From: an uncultured delta proteobacterium
GTDB lineage: Bacteria; Desulfobacterota; Binatia; DP-6
Assembly: GCA_963713495.1 (NCBI GenBank)
Contig: CAVQLX010000006.1
Span: forward strand, 59,747-123,746
Length of the DNA stretch: 64,000 nucleotides
Direction of reading: 5' to 3'
The notes under the pieces were generated by a model. The model ran no database searches. It had not been told where the DNA came from and worked only from the letters and a program-made list of their open reading frames with translations. Below, in pieces: positions 41,450 to 51,689 of the stretch; position 1 is the first letter of the stretch; each line of letters starts with the position of its first letter. The translations under genes were made by a program, and so were the position numbers.

Positions 41450-42949
41450 TCATTTGGGTGCGACGGCTCCAGGCGTGTCGTCTCTCGCCTGGATCTGGAG
41501 CGGCGCACCGGGCTGGCCCGCGGTTCCGGGCGCGATCACCAGATAGCGGCGCTGCACGTCCACCTCTCCTCGCACCACCTGTCGGATCGGGCCCAGTGCG
41601 TTGACGATCGCCGAGCCGGCCGGGTTCGTGGTGAAGGCCGCGAGCGGCTCGAGCGCGCCTCCGCCGTCCGGTGTGCGCGACAGCGCGAGGACATAGGGCT
41701 GTTTCGGCTCGAGCCCGGTGACTGCCGCCTGCAACACCTGGATCAATCCCTGGTCGAACAGCGAGACGCTCGTGGGCGGCGGCTTGTCGTTCGTCACGCT
41801 GGCATCCGCCACCGGCACGAGCGTGAGGTGCGCCACCGCTCCGGCGACGCCGAGGGGCTGCAATCCCTGCATGCCGTCGCCCTCCGGCACCGCGTCGGGC
41901 ACGTAGTTGACGGCCTGAGCCGCCTGTCCGATCGGGACCGTCGCGATCACCGTGTTCGTCAGCGTGTCGATCGCGACGAGGCCGTCCTCGTTCTCGAGCC
42001 CGACGTAGACCCGGGTGCCATCGCCGGACGGCCAGATTCCGTGGGGGAGCTTGCCGACGGGAATGGTGGCGACCTTCGAGAAGTCGTCGGTCCGGAACAC
42101 CTGCACCTCGTTGAGTCCGCCCACGGTCACGTAGGCGAACGTGCCGTTGGCGTTGTGCGCGAAGTTGACGTGGTTGGTGATCGGGCCCGTGTCGATGGTC
42201 CTCAGCACGGCGAAGGGTGGATGCGCATCGAAGACCGTGACCTTCCCGACGTCCTTCAGCGTGAACCAGACCTGTGTGCCGTCCGGGGTCGCGGCGATGT
42301 TGGGACAGAACGGGCTCGCCTGCGGCACCCGCCCGACGATCTGATGGTCCGCCACCGTGACGACGACCGTCTCCGGCGTGAACGACGAGCAGACGTAGCC
42401 GTACTTCCCGTCCGGCGAGAAGATCTGCATCCCCGGGCCGTTCGGCACCGTGATGCGCGTCTTCTCCTCGTACGTGCTGCCGTCGAGCACGGAGACGAAG
42501 CTCTCGCCGCGGACCGTTACCCAGACCTCTCTGCCGTCCGGTGTGAAGAATGCCTCGTGCGGCGAGCGGCCGACATAGGTGACGTGCTTCACGGCATTGG
42601 TCGCGGTGTCGATGAAGGTCACCGAGTTCGAGCCGATCGAGACCACCGCGATGGTGCGATGGTCGGATGAGAAGCCCATGCCGTGCACCAGCAGCTGCCC
42701 GCGATAGAGCGGGCTCAGATTCGCCGGTGCGGGATCCCCGAGACGGATGACGCCGAGGAGCTTGTTGTCCGCGGGATCGGTGACCGACACCGTGTTCGAG
42801 AACTGCTCGGCCGCATACACGCGGTCGCGATGGCTGACCGGGCAGTCGGCATCCGCAGCCGCGCCCGGCGCCTGTCCCGCGCGTGCCGGGGAACCGGTGC
42901 CCAGGGTCGTGACGGCGAGCAACGCCATCAGGACGGCACGTCTCATGGG
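41450..42949 (-). CDS. Secreted YVTN/lactonase-type 7-bladed beta-propeller protein with a C-terminal extension
   Basis: Signal peptide MRRAVLMALLAVTTLGTGSPARA. Repeated blades (TIAVVSIGSNSVTFIDTATN, EVWVTVRGESFVSVLDG, YGYVCSSFTPETVVVTV, QVWFTLKDVGKVTVFD, FAYVTVGGLNEVQVF, RVYVGLENEDGLVAIDT). The start overlaps the stop of the upstream DUF305 gene. Confidence 0.6.
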   Translation of the reverse strand, partial: PMRRAVLMALLAVTTLGTGSPARAGQAPGAAADADCPVSHRDRVYAAEQFSNTVSVTDPADNKLLGVIRLGDPAPANLSPLYRGQLLVHGMGFSSDHRTIAVVSIGSNSVTFIDTATNAVKHVTYVGRSPHEAFFTPDGREVWVTVRGESFVSVLDGSTYEEKTRITVPNGPGMQIFSPDGKYGYVCSSFTPETVVVTVADHQIVGRVPQASPFCPNIAATPDGTQVWFTLKDVGKVTVFDAHPPFAVLRTIDTGPITNHVNFAHNANGTFAYVTVGGLNEVQVFRTDDFSKVATIPVGKLPHGIWPSGDGTRVYVGLENEDGLVAIDTLTNTVIATVPIGQAAQAVNYVPDAVPEGDGMQGLQPLGVAGAVAHLTLVPVADASVTNDKPPPTSVSLFDQGLIQVLQAAVTGLEPKQPYVLALSRTPDGGGALEPLAAFTTNPAGSAIVNALGPIRQVVRGEVDVQRRYLVIAPGTAGQPGAPLQIQARDDTPGAVAPK

Positions 42950-43272
42950 TGCTGACCGATCGCGAGCCGCATCGCCGCGATCTCCTCCTGCTGCGTCACG
43001 ATGATCTCCTGTGCGAGGCGTCGGAGCTGCTCGTTGCGCCCGTAGCGCAACTCGGCCTGCGCCATGTCGATCGCCCCCTGATGATGCGGGACCATCATCG
43101 CGACGAAGTCGGCGTCGACGTTGCCCGACGGCTTGACGTCCATGCCGGCCATCATCTTCGCCATGGCGGTCTTGTTGTCGGCCATGAACGGCGCCTCCAG
43201 GCCTCCTGCAAGCGAGGTCGCCGCAGCGAGCAGAACGAGTACCCACAGCGCCGGTCGCATGGCGAATATCAT
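42943..43272 (-). CDS. DUF305-family secreted protein
   Basis: Signal peptide MIFAMRPALWVLVLLAAATSLAG. The HHQGAIDMAQ motif is typical of DUF305. Confidence 0.6.
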   Translation of the reverse strand: MIFAMRPALWVLVLLAAATSLAGGLEAPFMADNKTAMAKMMAGMDVKPSGNVDADFVAMMVPHHQGAIDMAQAELRYGRNEQLRRLAQEIIVTQQEEIAAMRLAIGQHP

Positions 43273-43299
43273 CACGCCTCCTTCATCGACGGCCGGCAC

Positions 43300-44694
43300 T
43301 CATCGCTCCGCGAGCACGTATGCGAGCAGCGCGATCGCGGCGGCGTTCCGGCGCAGGTCCTCTGGCCGGATCTTGTCGAGCGTGTCGGCCTCGGTGTGGT
43401 GGATGTCGAAGTAGTGGTGGCCGTCCGGCTCCAGATCGAAGGCCTTCGCCCCGGTGTGGACGATCGGCTCGACGTCGGCGCCGAACGCGTGCGGGCGAAA
43501 GCGCCGGATGCCGAACTGGCCGAAGGCCGGGAGCAGCGGAGCCATCCCCCGCACCGTCTCCTCCGTGCCCACGCCGATCCCGTCCGGCGCCGCCATGCCA
43601 TAGTCGGTCTCGAACGCGGCGACGTGATGCTCGTGACCGTGCTCTCGACCGTACGCCGCGGCGCCCGCGAGTCCGTACTCCTCACCGGTGAAGAGGACGG
43701 CCCGGACGGTTCGCCTCGGCGCGAGGCCGCTCTCGCGCAGCAGGCGCAGGGCTTCGATCACCGCGACGCATCCCGCGCCATCGTCGGATGCTCCCTGACC
43801 CACGTCCCAGGAGTCGATGTGCGCGCCGAGCAGCACGATCTCGTCCGGGCGCTCGCGACCGCGGATCTCGCCGACGGCGTTGGCGCTCCGGGCATCCGGA
43901 AGCATGCGCGCGCCGAGCGCGAGCTCGACCTCGACCGGTCCGGCGCGCGCGAGCCGTGCCAGGAGGTCCGCGTCCTCCAGCGAGACGGCCGCGGCGGGGA
44001 TCTTGCGCACGCCGTCGTCGTAGCGGAGCGCGCCCGTGTGCGGCGTCCGCAAGCTGACCGCCGTCACCGACCGCACGATGGTGGCGAGGGCGCCGCGCCT
44101 GGCGGCCTCCGAGGCGGCGTGCAGCCGCGCCTGCACGCCCTGGGCGTATCCGGGATCGTCGTGCTCCTCGTCGTAGGGCGCCATGCGATGATCGACGAAG
44201 GCGATCGTCCCGCGCAGGCTCGCCGGGCTCGAGCGGAGATCGTCGAGGCTATCGAATGCGACCACCGGCGCGCGCAACGTGCCGGCGGTGCCCACGCTCC
44301 CGCCGAGCCCGAGCAGCGCCATGGGCCGAGCGACCGGTCGAACGATCCGGGCCCGCTCCGTGCCGCGGACCCAGTGCGGGACCTTCACCGGCTCGAGATG
44401 CACGTCATCCAGGCCGTCGTGGCGCATCTGCCGGACGGCCCATGCGAGCGCCTCGTCGAGCGCCGCCGAGCCGGTGATCCGGTTCCCGATCCCGTCGGCG
44501 AGCTCGGTCAGGCGCTCCCACGCGATGTCGGGTGACGCGGCGGATGTGCGGGCGATCCGGCCGCCTGCCGTCGTGGCGGCGGTGATCAGAGGCTGATCGA
44601 CCGCGGCCGCCCCCGCCATCGGCCCGACGGGTGCGTGATGGGCGCACGCCGACAGCAGGAGGGCCACGCCACACACGTACGGCGCCCGCGTCAC
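43300..44694 (-). CDS. M28-family zinc aminopeptidase lipoprotein
   Basis: GTG start (M)TRAPYVCGVALLLSAC (lipobox) overlaps the stop of the upstream gene as GTGA. Blocks LLGAHIDSWDVGQGASDDGAGCVAVIEALR and FTGEEYGLAGA are present. Confidence 0.75.
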   Translation of the reverse strand: MTRAPYVCGVALLLSACAHHAPVGPMAGAAAVDQPLITAATTAGGRIARTSAASPDIAWERLTELADGIGNRITGSAALDEALAWAVRQMRHDGLDDVHLEPVKVPHWVRGTERARIVRPVARPMALLGLGGSVGTAGTLRAPVVAFDSLDDLRSSPASLRGTIAFVDHRMAPYDEEHDDPGYAQGVQARLHAASEAARRGALATIVRSVTAVSLRTPHTGALRYDDGVRKIPAAAVSLEDADLLARLARAGPVEVELALGARMLPDARSANAVGEIRGRERPDEIVLLGAHIDSWDVGQGASDDGAGCVAVIEALRLLRESGLAPRRTVRAVLFTGEEYGLAGAAAYGREHGHEHHVAAFETDYGMAAPDGIGVGTEETVRGMAPLLPAFGQFGIRRFRPHAFGADVEPIVHTGAKAFDLEPDGHHYFDIHHTEADTLDKIRPEDLRRNAAAIALLAYVLAER

Positions 44695-45833
44695 AGGAAG
44701 CTCATCCACACGGTGCGATTCTGCCGCTTCACCGCTGCGAACCACTGGCACGCCGGGTAGAGCGCGAGCACGACCGCTCCCCAGAAGACGTACACGGCGG
44801 GAAGCGGATAGCCGAGCCCCCCGGTGATGGCGAACCCGTATGTCACCGCGGCGGCGCCCAGCGCGGGCCACGCACACGCGATCGCGATGGCGTGGATCAG
44901 GAAGAGGTGCAGGACGTAGTAGAAGAGCGGCACGCGCCCGTAGACGGCCACGCGACTGGCCCACGGGCCGAGCGGCCGGTCCATCCACGCGAGCACGCAG
45001 AGCGCGGGACCGAGCGTCATCCCGAGGTAGAGCAGGGAAGGCGGGTACTTCTCGCAGTCGAGGAACGAGAGGGCCGCACGCGACCATCCTCCATCGCCAG
45101 TCCAGGCATGCGGATCGCCGTAGAGGTTCGTGGCACGCAGCAACACGAAGCCGGCGGTCAGCACCACGCCGGCGCGTGCAAATCGCAGGCGCCTCTGCTC
45201 TCGGGGCAGCAGCGCCCAGGGTCCGAGGACGTACCCGGCCGCCATCACCGCCACCCACGGGACCAGCGGGTAGATGACGAACCAGTCCGCGCCGGCGAAG
45301 GGCTGGAGCCTTCCTTCCTCGTGCAGCAGCACCCAGAGCCATCGCAGGGAGCCGAGCCGCTCCGCGTGCAGGGTGTCGAGCAGGTTGTGTCCGGCGATGA
45401 GCGTGACGGCGAACGCCGCGATGGCGGCGCGTGGAAGCCACACGAGGCCGGCCAGCACCACCATCGATATCCCGATGGCCCAGATCACCTGAAGCACGAG
45501 AGTCTCCGGTCCGATGTAGAGCATCCAGGCGACGCGGATGACGGTGATCTCGAGGAACGCGAGCCAGAGACCACGCGTCAGCAGGTAGCTCGAGAGAGCA
45601 CGTGTCGACGCGAGCCGCCGTCCGTGCAGATACGCGGCGACGCCGGCGAGCAGCACGAACACGGGGGCGCAGAAGTGGGTGATCCACCGGGTGAAGTAGA
45701 GCGCGGGCCCGGCGGTGTGGAGGTCCACCTCGGGGCCGAGAAACATGCGCGTGTGATCCAGCGCCATCAGCACCATGACCGAGCCCCGGAGGCAGTCGAT
45801 GGCGTCGTTGCGCGCTGGATGGGCGTCCGGCAC
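44691..45833 (-). CDS. DUF1624/HGSNAT-like acyltransferase-family integral membrane protein
   Basis: 380 aa, about 10 TM segments. The N-terminal RNDAIDCLRGSVMVLMALDHTRMF is characteristic of the family. Confidence 0.6.
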   Translation of the reverse strand: MPDAHPARNDAIDCLRGSVMVLMALDHTRMFLGPEVDLHTAGPALYFTRWITHFCAPVFVLLAGVAAYLHGRRLASTRALSSYLLTRGLWLAFLEITVIRVAWMLYIGPETLVLQVIWAIGISMVVLAGLVWLPRAAIAAFAVTLIAGHNLLDTLHAERLGSLRWLWVLLHEEGRLQPFAGADWFVIYPLVPWVAVMAAGYVLGPWALLPREQRRLRFARAGVVLTAGFVLLRATNLYGDPHAWTGDGGWSRAALSFLDCEKYPPSLLYLGMTLGPALCVLAWMDRPLGPWASRVAVYGRVPLFYYVLHLFLIHAIAIACAWPALGAAAVTYGFAITGGLGYPLPAVYVFWGAVVLALYPACQWFAAVKRQNRTVWMSFL

Positions 45834-46065
45834 GGCGCCACCTAACGCGAGCGTCGGAGCCGATGCCAGCGAGAGGTCCCGGCGCGCGGTGCTCGCTCAG
45901 GTCGCGGCCGTGCCGGTGTACGTCGCCAGGTACCAGACGTTTCCGAAGGAGTCCTGGACCTCGCGGTGCGCTCCTAACGGGCGACCAGGCGGCCCGACTC
46001 CGCCGCCCGCCGCCTAGGCCTCTCACCCCAATAATCAGGCCCGGTCCCCTTCCTACGGCGCCCCC

Positions 46066-46105
46066 GCACCCCCCCCCCCCGCCCGCGGCCCCCCCCCCCT
46101 CCCCC
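46066..46105. repeat. Two C11 homopolymer tracts (G11 on the minus strand) in the intergenic region upstream of the DUF1624-M28 operon
   Basis: cgcaCCCCCCCCCCCgcgcccgcggCCCCCCCCCCCtCCCCC. Such long mononucleotide runs are unusual even at ~70% GC. Confidence 0.8.
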
Positions 46106-46176
46106 GTAGATGAAGGGTCTGACGGTACCGATCCCATTGCGGACGTGCGTCGCGCCTCCGTTCATCGGTGACTCCT

Positions 46177-47820
46177 TCACCCGGGCCGAAGGTTCGAGCG
46201 GAGGAACAGCACGCCGTACGGATTCCAGGTGGACACGTTCCAGTAGATGTCCATGCCGCCGGCGCCGTCGGGCTGCGTGTAGGCGTCGATGATGTTGGCG
46301 CCGTAGAAGAAGCCGTTGTCGAAGGTCTTCCCGATCGGGGCGCACCCGACGTAGAAGTCGGCCGGACGCACCTGGTCGCTGCGCGTACACGGCGCGCCGG
46401 GTTGATCGACGCACAGCGGATGGAAGAGCACGCCGCCGGGACCGAGCGGCGTGCCGACCTCGAACGGCGAGCCCTCCAGCAGGTGGGGCCGCGGCGGCGA
46501 CCATGGTCCCCACGGCTGATCCGCGAAGCGGATGCGGACGGAGCCCGGACCGTCGCCGGGCCGGTCGTGCGCGGGATCGGCGAGGAGATAGCTGCCGATG
46601 TTGCCGCCATAGAGCATCACCCACTTGCCGATGGTCCCGCCGACAAAGCTGATCGTGAACTGGTTCACCAGCGGCTGCTCCTCGAACGGGCTGCCGCCGA
46701 CCACGCCATCGAGCGCGAGCGGCTTCGCTCTGGCCTGCTGCCGCGACCAGCGCGGCGATCCGTTCCGCACGTCGACGCCGGCGTAGAACCAGGGGCGGAA
46801 GCGCCAGCGCCCGTTCCGTGCGCGCGCGATCGGCAGCGGATGCGCCAGCAGGTAGACCTGCGCCTGGCGGCCCTGCTCGCCCGAGAAGTGCGGGCGGCCC
46901 CAGACGAGGAGCGCGTTGCCCGGCTTGTGGTCGTTCGCGCCGGGCAGGGACGCCAGACCGCGCACCGTGCGCGCGGTGGTGTTGATGAACTTGTTGGTGC
47001 GCAGGGTCGCGAGCGACTCGTAGTGGCCGGGGTGGTCGGGGTCCTCGATGGCGAACTCCATCTCGTTCCCCTCGGTGAAGCGCTCGGAGCTCGGCGTGCC
47101 GTCGTTCTGCGAGCTGGAGGGATCGACGCACAGCCCGCTCGCCGTGGGCTGGCACGTCTCGCCGAGCGCGGCGTTGCAGCCGGCGCCGGTCGCGAGCTCG
47201 CACGCGGTCGCGATTCCGTTCGGCGCAGGCACGCACTCGCCCACCGTCTGCGAGCAGCGCAGGCCGTCGGCGCTCAGCCAGTTGCGGAGATCGGGATGAT
47301 CGGAGCGCGGTCCGCGGCACGCCGCGACCGGCGATTTCACTCCCGGCTTGCACCGGATGGTGCCGCCGCGCCCCATGATCGCGACCAGGTTCTTGCCGTC
47401 GCTGTAGGCGGAGACCGGCACCTGGCCGTAGCCCATCTGCAGTGACTCGCCGTCGCGGGTCACGATCAGACGCTGCAGCACGTTCGCATCACCCGGGGCG
47501 GTGAGCATCGTGACCGGCGGAACCCCCGCGTCGGGCCGCTTCAGCGGCATCGTTCCCTGCGAGTCGTCGTTGTGGAGCTGCGGAAAGCAGACCGCGTTGA
47601 AGACGTCGTCGGTGTCGCCGAACAGGATGCGCAGCTGGCCCTGGTGCTCGACGGTCCAGCCGAGGTCGGTGCCGAAGAAGGCGAGGTCGGGTTGGGGCTT
47701 GATGGACCCGGGACCGACGAGCGGGCCGAGGATCTGCGGCGGCGACGCGATCTGACTCCACCCGGGCGCAGCGGCGAGTACGGGCAACAGGAGTGCGGCG
47801 CATGCGAGCCGTCGAACCAT
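46177..47820 (-). CDS. Secreted hypothetical protein, possibly a DUF4185/glycosidase-like beta-propeller
   Basis: Signal peptide MVRRLACAALLLPVLAAAPGWSQ. The LRILFGDTDD block, a Cys-rich central insert and a conserved C-terminal region are present. Confidence 0.45.
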   Translation of the reverse strand: MVRRLACAALLLPVLAAAPGWSQIASPPQILGPLVGPGSIKPQPDLAFFGTDLGWTVEHQGQLRILFGDTDDVFNAVCFPQLHNDDSQGTMPLKRPDAGVPPVTMLTAPGDANVLQRLIVTRDGESLQMGYGQVPVSAYSDGKNLVAIMGRGGTIRCKPGVKSPVAACRGPRSDHPDLRNWLSADGLRCSQTVGECVPAPNGIATACELATGAGCNAALGETCQPTASGLCVDPSSSQNDGTPSSERFTEGNEMEFAIEDPDHPGHYESLATLRTNKFINTTARTVRGLASLPGANDHKPGNALLVWGRPHFSGEQGRQAQVYLLAHPLPIARARNGRWRFRPWFYAGVDVRNGSPRWSRQQARAKPLALDGVVGGSPFEEQPLVNQFTISFVGGTIGKWVMLYGGNIGSYLLADPAHDRPGDGPGSVRIRFADQPWGPWSPPRPHLLEGSPFEVGTPLGPGGVLFHPLCVDQPGAPCTRSDQVRPADFYVGCAPIGKTFDNGFFYGANIIDAYTQPDGAGGMDIYWNVSTWNPYGVLFLRSNLRPG

Positions 47821-47862
47821 CGTCGTGACTATACATGACGTCGCCGCGCGGAGGGCAAGAGC

Positions 47863-49035
47863 GTGAGGGCGCTGCGCCGGGATGCTATACCCGATGCCAT
47901 GGTCGAGGGAGCGTGTGATGCGAGATTCGCCGCGGTGCGCGACACGTTCGCCGCCGCCTTCGACACCGGCCGCGAGGTCGGCGCGTCGTTCGCGGCCACC
48001 GTCGATGGCCGGACGGTGGTGGACCTGTGGGGTGGACACGCCGACGCCGCGCGTACGCGTGCGTGGCAGCGCGACACCGTCGTCAACGTCTTCTCGACCA
48101 CCAAGGCGATGACGACGATCTGTGCCCACATCCTGGTCGATCGTGGACTGCTCGACCTCGACGCTCCCGTCGCCACCTACTGGCCGGAGTTCGCGGCGGC
48201 GGGGAAGGAAACGATCCCGGTGCGCATGCTCCTGAGCCATACCGCTGGCCTGGCGGCCATCCGGGAGCGGATCTCGCTGGATACCCTGTACGACTGGGAT
48301 CGCTACGTCGCCGCGATCGCCGCGCAGACGCCGTGGTGGAAGCCGGGGAGCGCGAACGGCTATCACGCGGTGACCTTCGGTCACCTGATCGGCGAGCTGA
48401 TCCGGCGCATTGCGGGCAAGAGCGTGGGACAATTTCTGCGTGACGAGGTGACGGGGCCGCTCGGCGCCGACTTCCACATCGGTCTCCCCGAGTCCGAGGA
48501 TGGGCGCTGCGGTGAGATGGTCGGGCCGACGGCGGCCGAGAGCGCCGCGGCGGGGCAGGGTGCGCCGGCGCCCGACTCGCTGCTCGCCAAGGTGCTCGGC
48601 AACCCGACGCTGCGACCCGCGCAGGCCAACACGAGCGCCTGGCGGCGGGCCGAGATACCGGCCGCCAACGGCCACGGCAACGCGCGTTCGGTGGCGCGCG
48701 TGCTGTCGGCGCTCGCATGCGGCGGCACCATCGACGGCGTGCGCCTGCTGGGCGCCGAGTCCATCGCGCGCGCGATCGAGCCGCAGGCGTACGATCGCGA
48801 CCTGGTGCTGGGCTTCCGGATCAAGTGGGGACTGGGCTTCATGCTCGCCAGCAACGAGCTGCCGCTCAGTCCCAACCCGCGCGCCTTCGGTCACGGCGGG
48901 TGGGGCGGATCGCTCGGCTTCGTCGACCTCGACGCGCGCGTCAGCTGGGCCTACGTGATGAACAAGATGGCTCCGGGAACCGCGGGAGACACGCGCGGCT
49001 TCGCGTTGATGGCGGCGCTGTACGGCGCGCTCTGA
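47863..49035 (+). CDS. Serine hydrolase of the beta-lactamase/esterase (EstB/class C-related) family
   Basis: S-x-x-K in NVFSTTKAMT; also YHAVTFGHLIGELI and HGGWGGS. Confidence 0.8.
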   Translation: MRALRRDAIPDAMVEGACDARFAAVRDTFAAAFDTGREVGASFAATVDGRTVVDLWGGHADAARTRAWQRDTVVNVFSTTKAMTTICAHILVDRGLLDLDAPVATYWPEFAAAGKETIPVRMLLSHTAGLAAIRERISLDTLYDWDRYVAAIAAQTPWWKPGSANGYHAVTFGHLIGELIRRIAGKSVGQFLRDEVTGPLGADFHIGLPESEDGRCGEMVGPTAAESAAAGQGAPAPDSLLAKVLGNPTLRPAQANTSAWRRAEIPAANGHGNARSVARVLSALACGGTIDGVRLLGAESIARAIEPQAYDRDLVLGFRIKWGLGFMLASNELPLSPNPRAFGHGGWGGSLGFVDLDARVSWAYVMNKMAPGTAGDTRGFALMAALYGAL

Positions 49036-49119
49036 CGCCATCGAGACGCACGAGCATCACGGCGAGTGCCGGCCAGGATCACGACTCGGAGTCCGGCGCC
49101 CGGAGCATCCCGCGCCCCA

Positions 49120-49689
49120 TCAGCCCGGACTCTCCCGCGAGCTCGAGGCAGCGACCTCGTCCAGGCACTGGTTGATCGCCGCCGGCTCCTGGATCGCGGG
49201 CTTCAGGCCTCGGATCTGCTCGAGCCGCGCCTTGCAGTCACGCAGACGATCCCGGCGCGCCTGGTAGACCTCGGGGAGGATCTGCTTGCTCGTCAGCTGC
49301 CGCTCGAGGGTGCGTTCGTCCGCATCGGCTTCCAGCACCGTCAGGTCGATCATGCGATCGCGGAACTTCCAGAAGTTGTAGTCGTAGGCCGCCGCGCTCG
49401 CCTTCGTCGGCTCCCAGATGAGGCTGATCGGCCATGTGAGCAGGCCGGCGACGCCGAGGCCTGGGCGGTGCGTGTAGAAGCCGCCGGCTCCGGGGAGGAC
49501 GACCCCGAGCCACGCCGCCGTGGTCGGATCCTTGATCTCCTGGTAGCGAACGTCGGGATGGCCCCAGGCCGCCGCTTGCGACTCCCAGCGCGGTATCAGC
49601 TCGTGCTGGTCCGCTCGCATTCCGCTGCAGGCGCTTGCCGCGCAGCACAGCAGGATGGTTCCCAGCAGACGGGTACATGTGGAGAGCAT
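49120..49689 (-). CDS. Lipoprotein, hypothetical
   Basis: MLSTCTRLLGTILLCCAASAC signal/lipobox. No recognised domain. Confidence 0.5.
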   Translation of the reverse strand: MLSTCTRLLGTILLCCAASACSGMRADQHELIPRWESQAAAWGHPDVRYQEIKDPTTAAWLGVVLPGAGGFYTHRPGLGVAGLLTWPISLIWEPTKASAAAYDYNFWKFRDRMIDLTVLEADADERTLERQLTSKQILPEVYQARRDRLRDCKARLEQIRGLKPAIQEPAAINQCLDEVAASSSRESPG

Positions 49690-49842
49690 CGCTGACGCCT
49701 GCTCATGTCCCGGCGCGGCCGTCAATTCGCCTCGCGTGCGTTCCGTGCGGACGCGGAATCGTGCTCGCGGGCGACGAGGGGCTCGTTGTAAACTGACCGG
49801 CGCGGCTGGGCTCGCGTGCGGCGAGTCGAGGGGAGCAGGGGG

Positions 49843-51678
49843 ATGGCAGAGCAGGACGACCGCGAGACCGGGCAGTACCTCCTCGCAGCCTTCTGGGAGG
49901 CGGCGCTCGGCTTCTGGCGCCGCGGTGCGGGTCCCACGGCCTGGGTGCTGACGATCCTCCTCGTCGTGCTGGCCTTCGTGAACCTGGCGGTGCAGTACCG
50001 GCTGAACGTGTGGAACCGGGCGATGTTCGACGCGCTCGACCACAGGGACGCGGGCGCCGTGACGTGGCAGTCGCTCATCTTCCTGCCGCTCACGCTGGCG
50101 AACGTGTGCATCGCCGCGGCCGGCGTGTACGGTCGCATGACCACGCAGCGGCGCTGGCGCGCCTGGCTGAACGGGCACGTGCTCGATCGCTGGATCAGCA
50201 GCGGCCGATACTATCAGCTCAGCCTGATCCCGGGTGATCACAAGAACCCCGAGTATCGCGTGGCCGAGGACCTGCGGGTCTCCTGCGAGGCGCCGATCGA
50301 CTTCGCCGTGGGCATCTTCTCGGCGCTGCTCTCGGCGATCACGTTCATCGGCGTGTTGTGGTTCATCGGCGGCGCGTTGACCGTGCAGCTCGGCGGCACC
50401 ACGCTCACCATCCCCGGCTTCCTCGTGATCACGGCGATCCTGTATGCGGTGCTTGCCAGCGGCGCCATGGCGCTCATCGGCCGGCGCTTCGTTGCGGCAT
50501 CGGAGAACAAGAACCAGGCCGAGGCCGAATACCGCTACGCGCTCACGCGCGTGCGCGAGTACGGTGAGAGCATCGCGCTCCTCGGTGGCGAGGGCGAGGA
50601 GCGCTGGAGTCTCGACGAGACGTTCCGTGGTGTCCTGCGCCGCTGGCGTGCGCTCGTGACGCAGTGGATGCAGACGACGGTCGTCTCGCAGACGAGCTCC
50701 GCGTTCGTGCCGGTCCTGCCGATCCTGCTCTGCGCGCCGAAGTACGTCGCCGGCACGATGACCCTGGGCGAGGTCATGCAGGCGTCGTCCGCCTTCGTCA
50801 TCGTGCAGGTGGCGTTCAACTGGCTGGTCGACAACTATCCCCGCCTGGCGGACTGGACGGCCTCGGCGCGGCGACTCGGCTCGTTGCTGGTGTCACTCGA
50901 CCGTCTCGACCGCGCCGACCGCGAGGAGACCATGGGACGGATCCAGCGCGGAGAGACGGGGGGCGAAGCGCTCCGCCTGCGCAACGTGTCCGTCACGCTG
51001 GACGACGGCAGCGCCGTGGTGAACGAAGCCGACGTCGACATCGCACCCGGCGAGAAGGTGCTCGTCGTCGGAGAGTCGGGCACCGGGAAGAGCACGCTGG
51101 TGCGGGCGATCTCCGGACTGTGGCCGTGGGGGCAGGGCGAGATCCTGATCCAGCCGAACGCCCGCCTCGTCCTCATGCCGCAGCAACCCTACGTGCCGCT
51201 CGGAAATCTGCGGCGCGCCGCCACCTACCCGCAATCGCCCGACGAGGTCGACGATGCGGTGATCCGCAAGACGATGGAGGACGTCGGTCTCGGCCAGTTC
51301 GCCGACCGCCTCGACGAGGAGGCGCGCTGGGAGAGCATCCTGTCCGGTGGCGAGAAGCAACGGCTCGCGTTCGCCCGGGTGCTCATGCAACAACCGGACA
51401 TCGTGGTGATGGACGAGGCGACGGCGGCGCTCGATCCGTCGAGCCAGGACCAGCTGATGAGGCTGCTCCTCGAGCGCCTCCCGACGGCGACCGTGGTGAG
51501 CGTGGGGCATCGCGCGGAGCTCGAAGCGTTCCACAACCGGAAGCTCGTGCTCGAGCACCGCGAGGAAGGAGCGCGCCTGGTGCGCGACGTTGCGCTCGGA
51601 TCGCCGTTTCGTCGCACCGCCCGCTTCCTGTCGCGGCTGTTCACGAGCGAGCCGACGACCGGCTCGCGCGCCGCATAG
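49843..51678 (+). CDS. ABC transporter with fused permease and ATPase (SbmA/BacA/YddA-like)
   Basis: The N-terminal TM domain is followed by Walker A GESGTGKST, signature LSGGEKQR and Walker B IVVMDEAT. Confidence 0.85.
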   Translation: MAEQDDRETGQYLLAAFWEAALGFWRRGAGPTAWVLTILLVVLAFVNLAVQYRLNVWNRAMFDALDHRDAGAVTWQSLIFLPLTLANVCIAAAGVYGRMTTQRRWRAWLNGHVLDRWISSGRYYQLSLIPGDHKNPEYRVAEDLRVSCEAPIDFAVGIFSALLSAITFIGVLWFIGGALTVQLGGTTLTIPGFLVITAILYAVLASGAMALIGRRFVAASENKNQAEAEYRYALTRVREYGESIALLGGEGEERWSLDETFRGVLRRWRALVTQWMQTTVVSQTSSAFVPVLPILLCAPKYVAGTMTLGEVMQASSAFVIVQVAFNWLVDNYPRLADWTASARRLGSLLVSLDRLDRADREETMGRIQRGETGGEALRLRNVSVTLDDGSAVVNEADVDIAPGEKVLVVGESGTGKSTLVRAISGLWPWGQGEILIQPNARLVLMPQQPYVPLGNLRRAATYPQSPDEVDDAVIRKTMEDVGLGQFADRLDEEARWESILSGGEKQRLAFARVLMQQPDIVVMDEATAALDPSSQDQLMRLLLERLPTATVVSVGHRAELEAFHNRKLVLEHREEGARLVRDVALGSPFRRTARFLSRLFTSEPTTGSRAA

Positions 51679-51689
51679 GGTTGTTGTGT

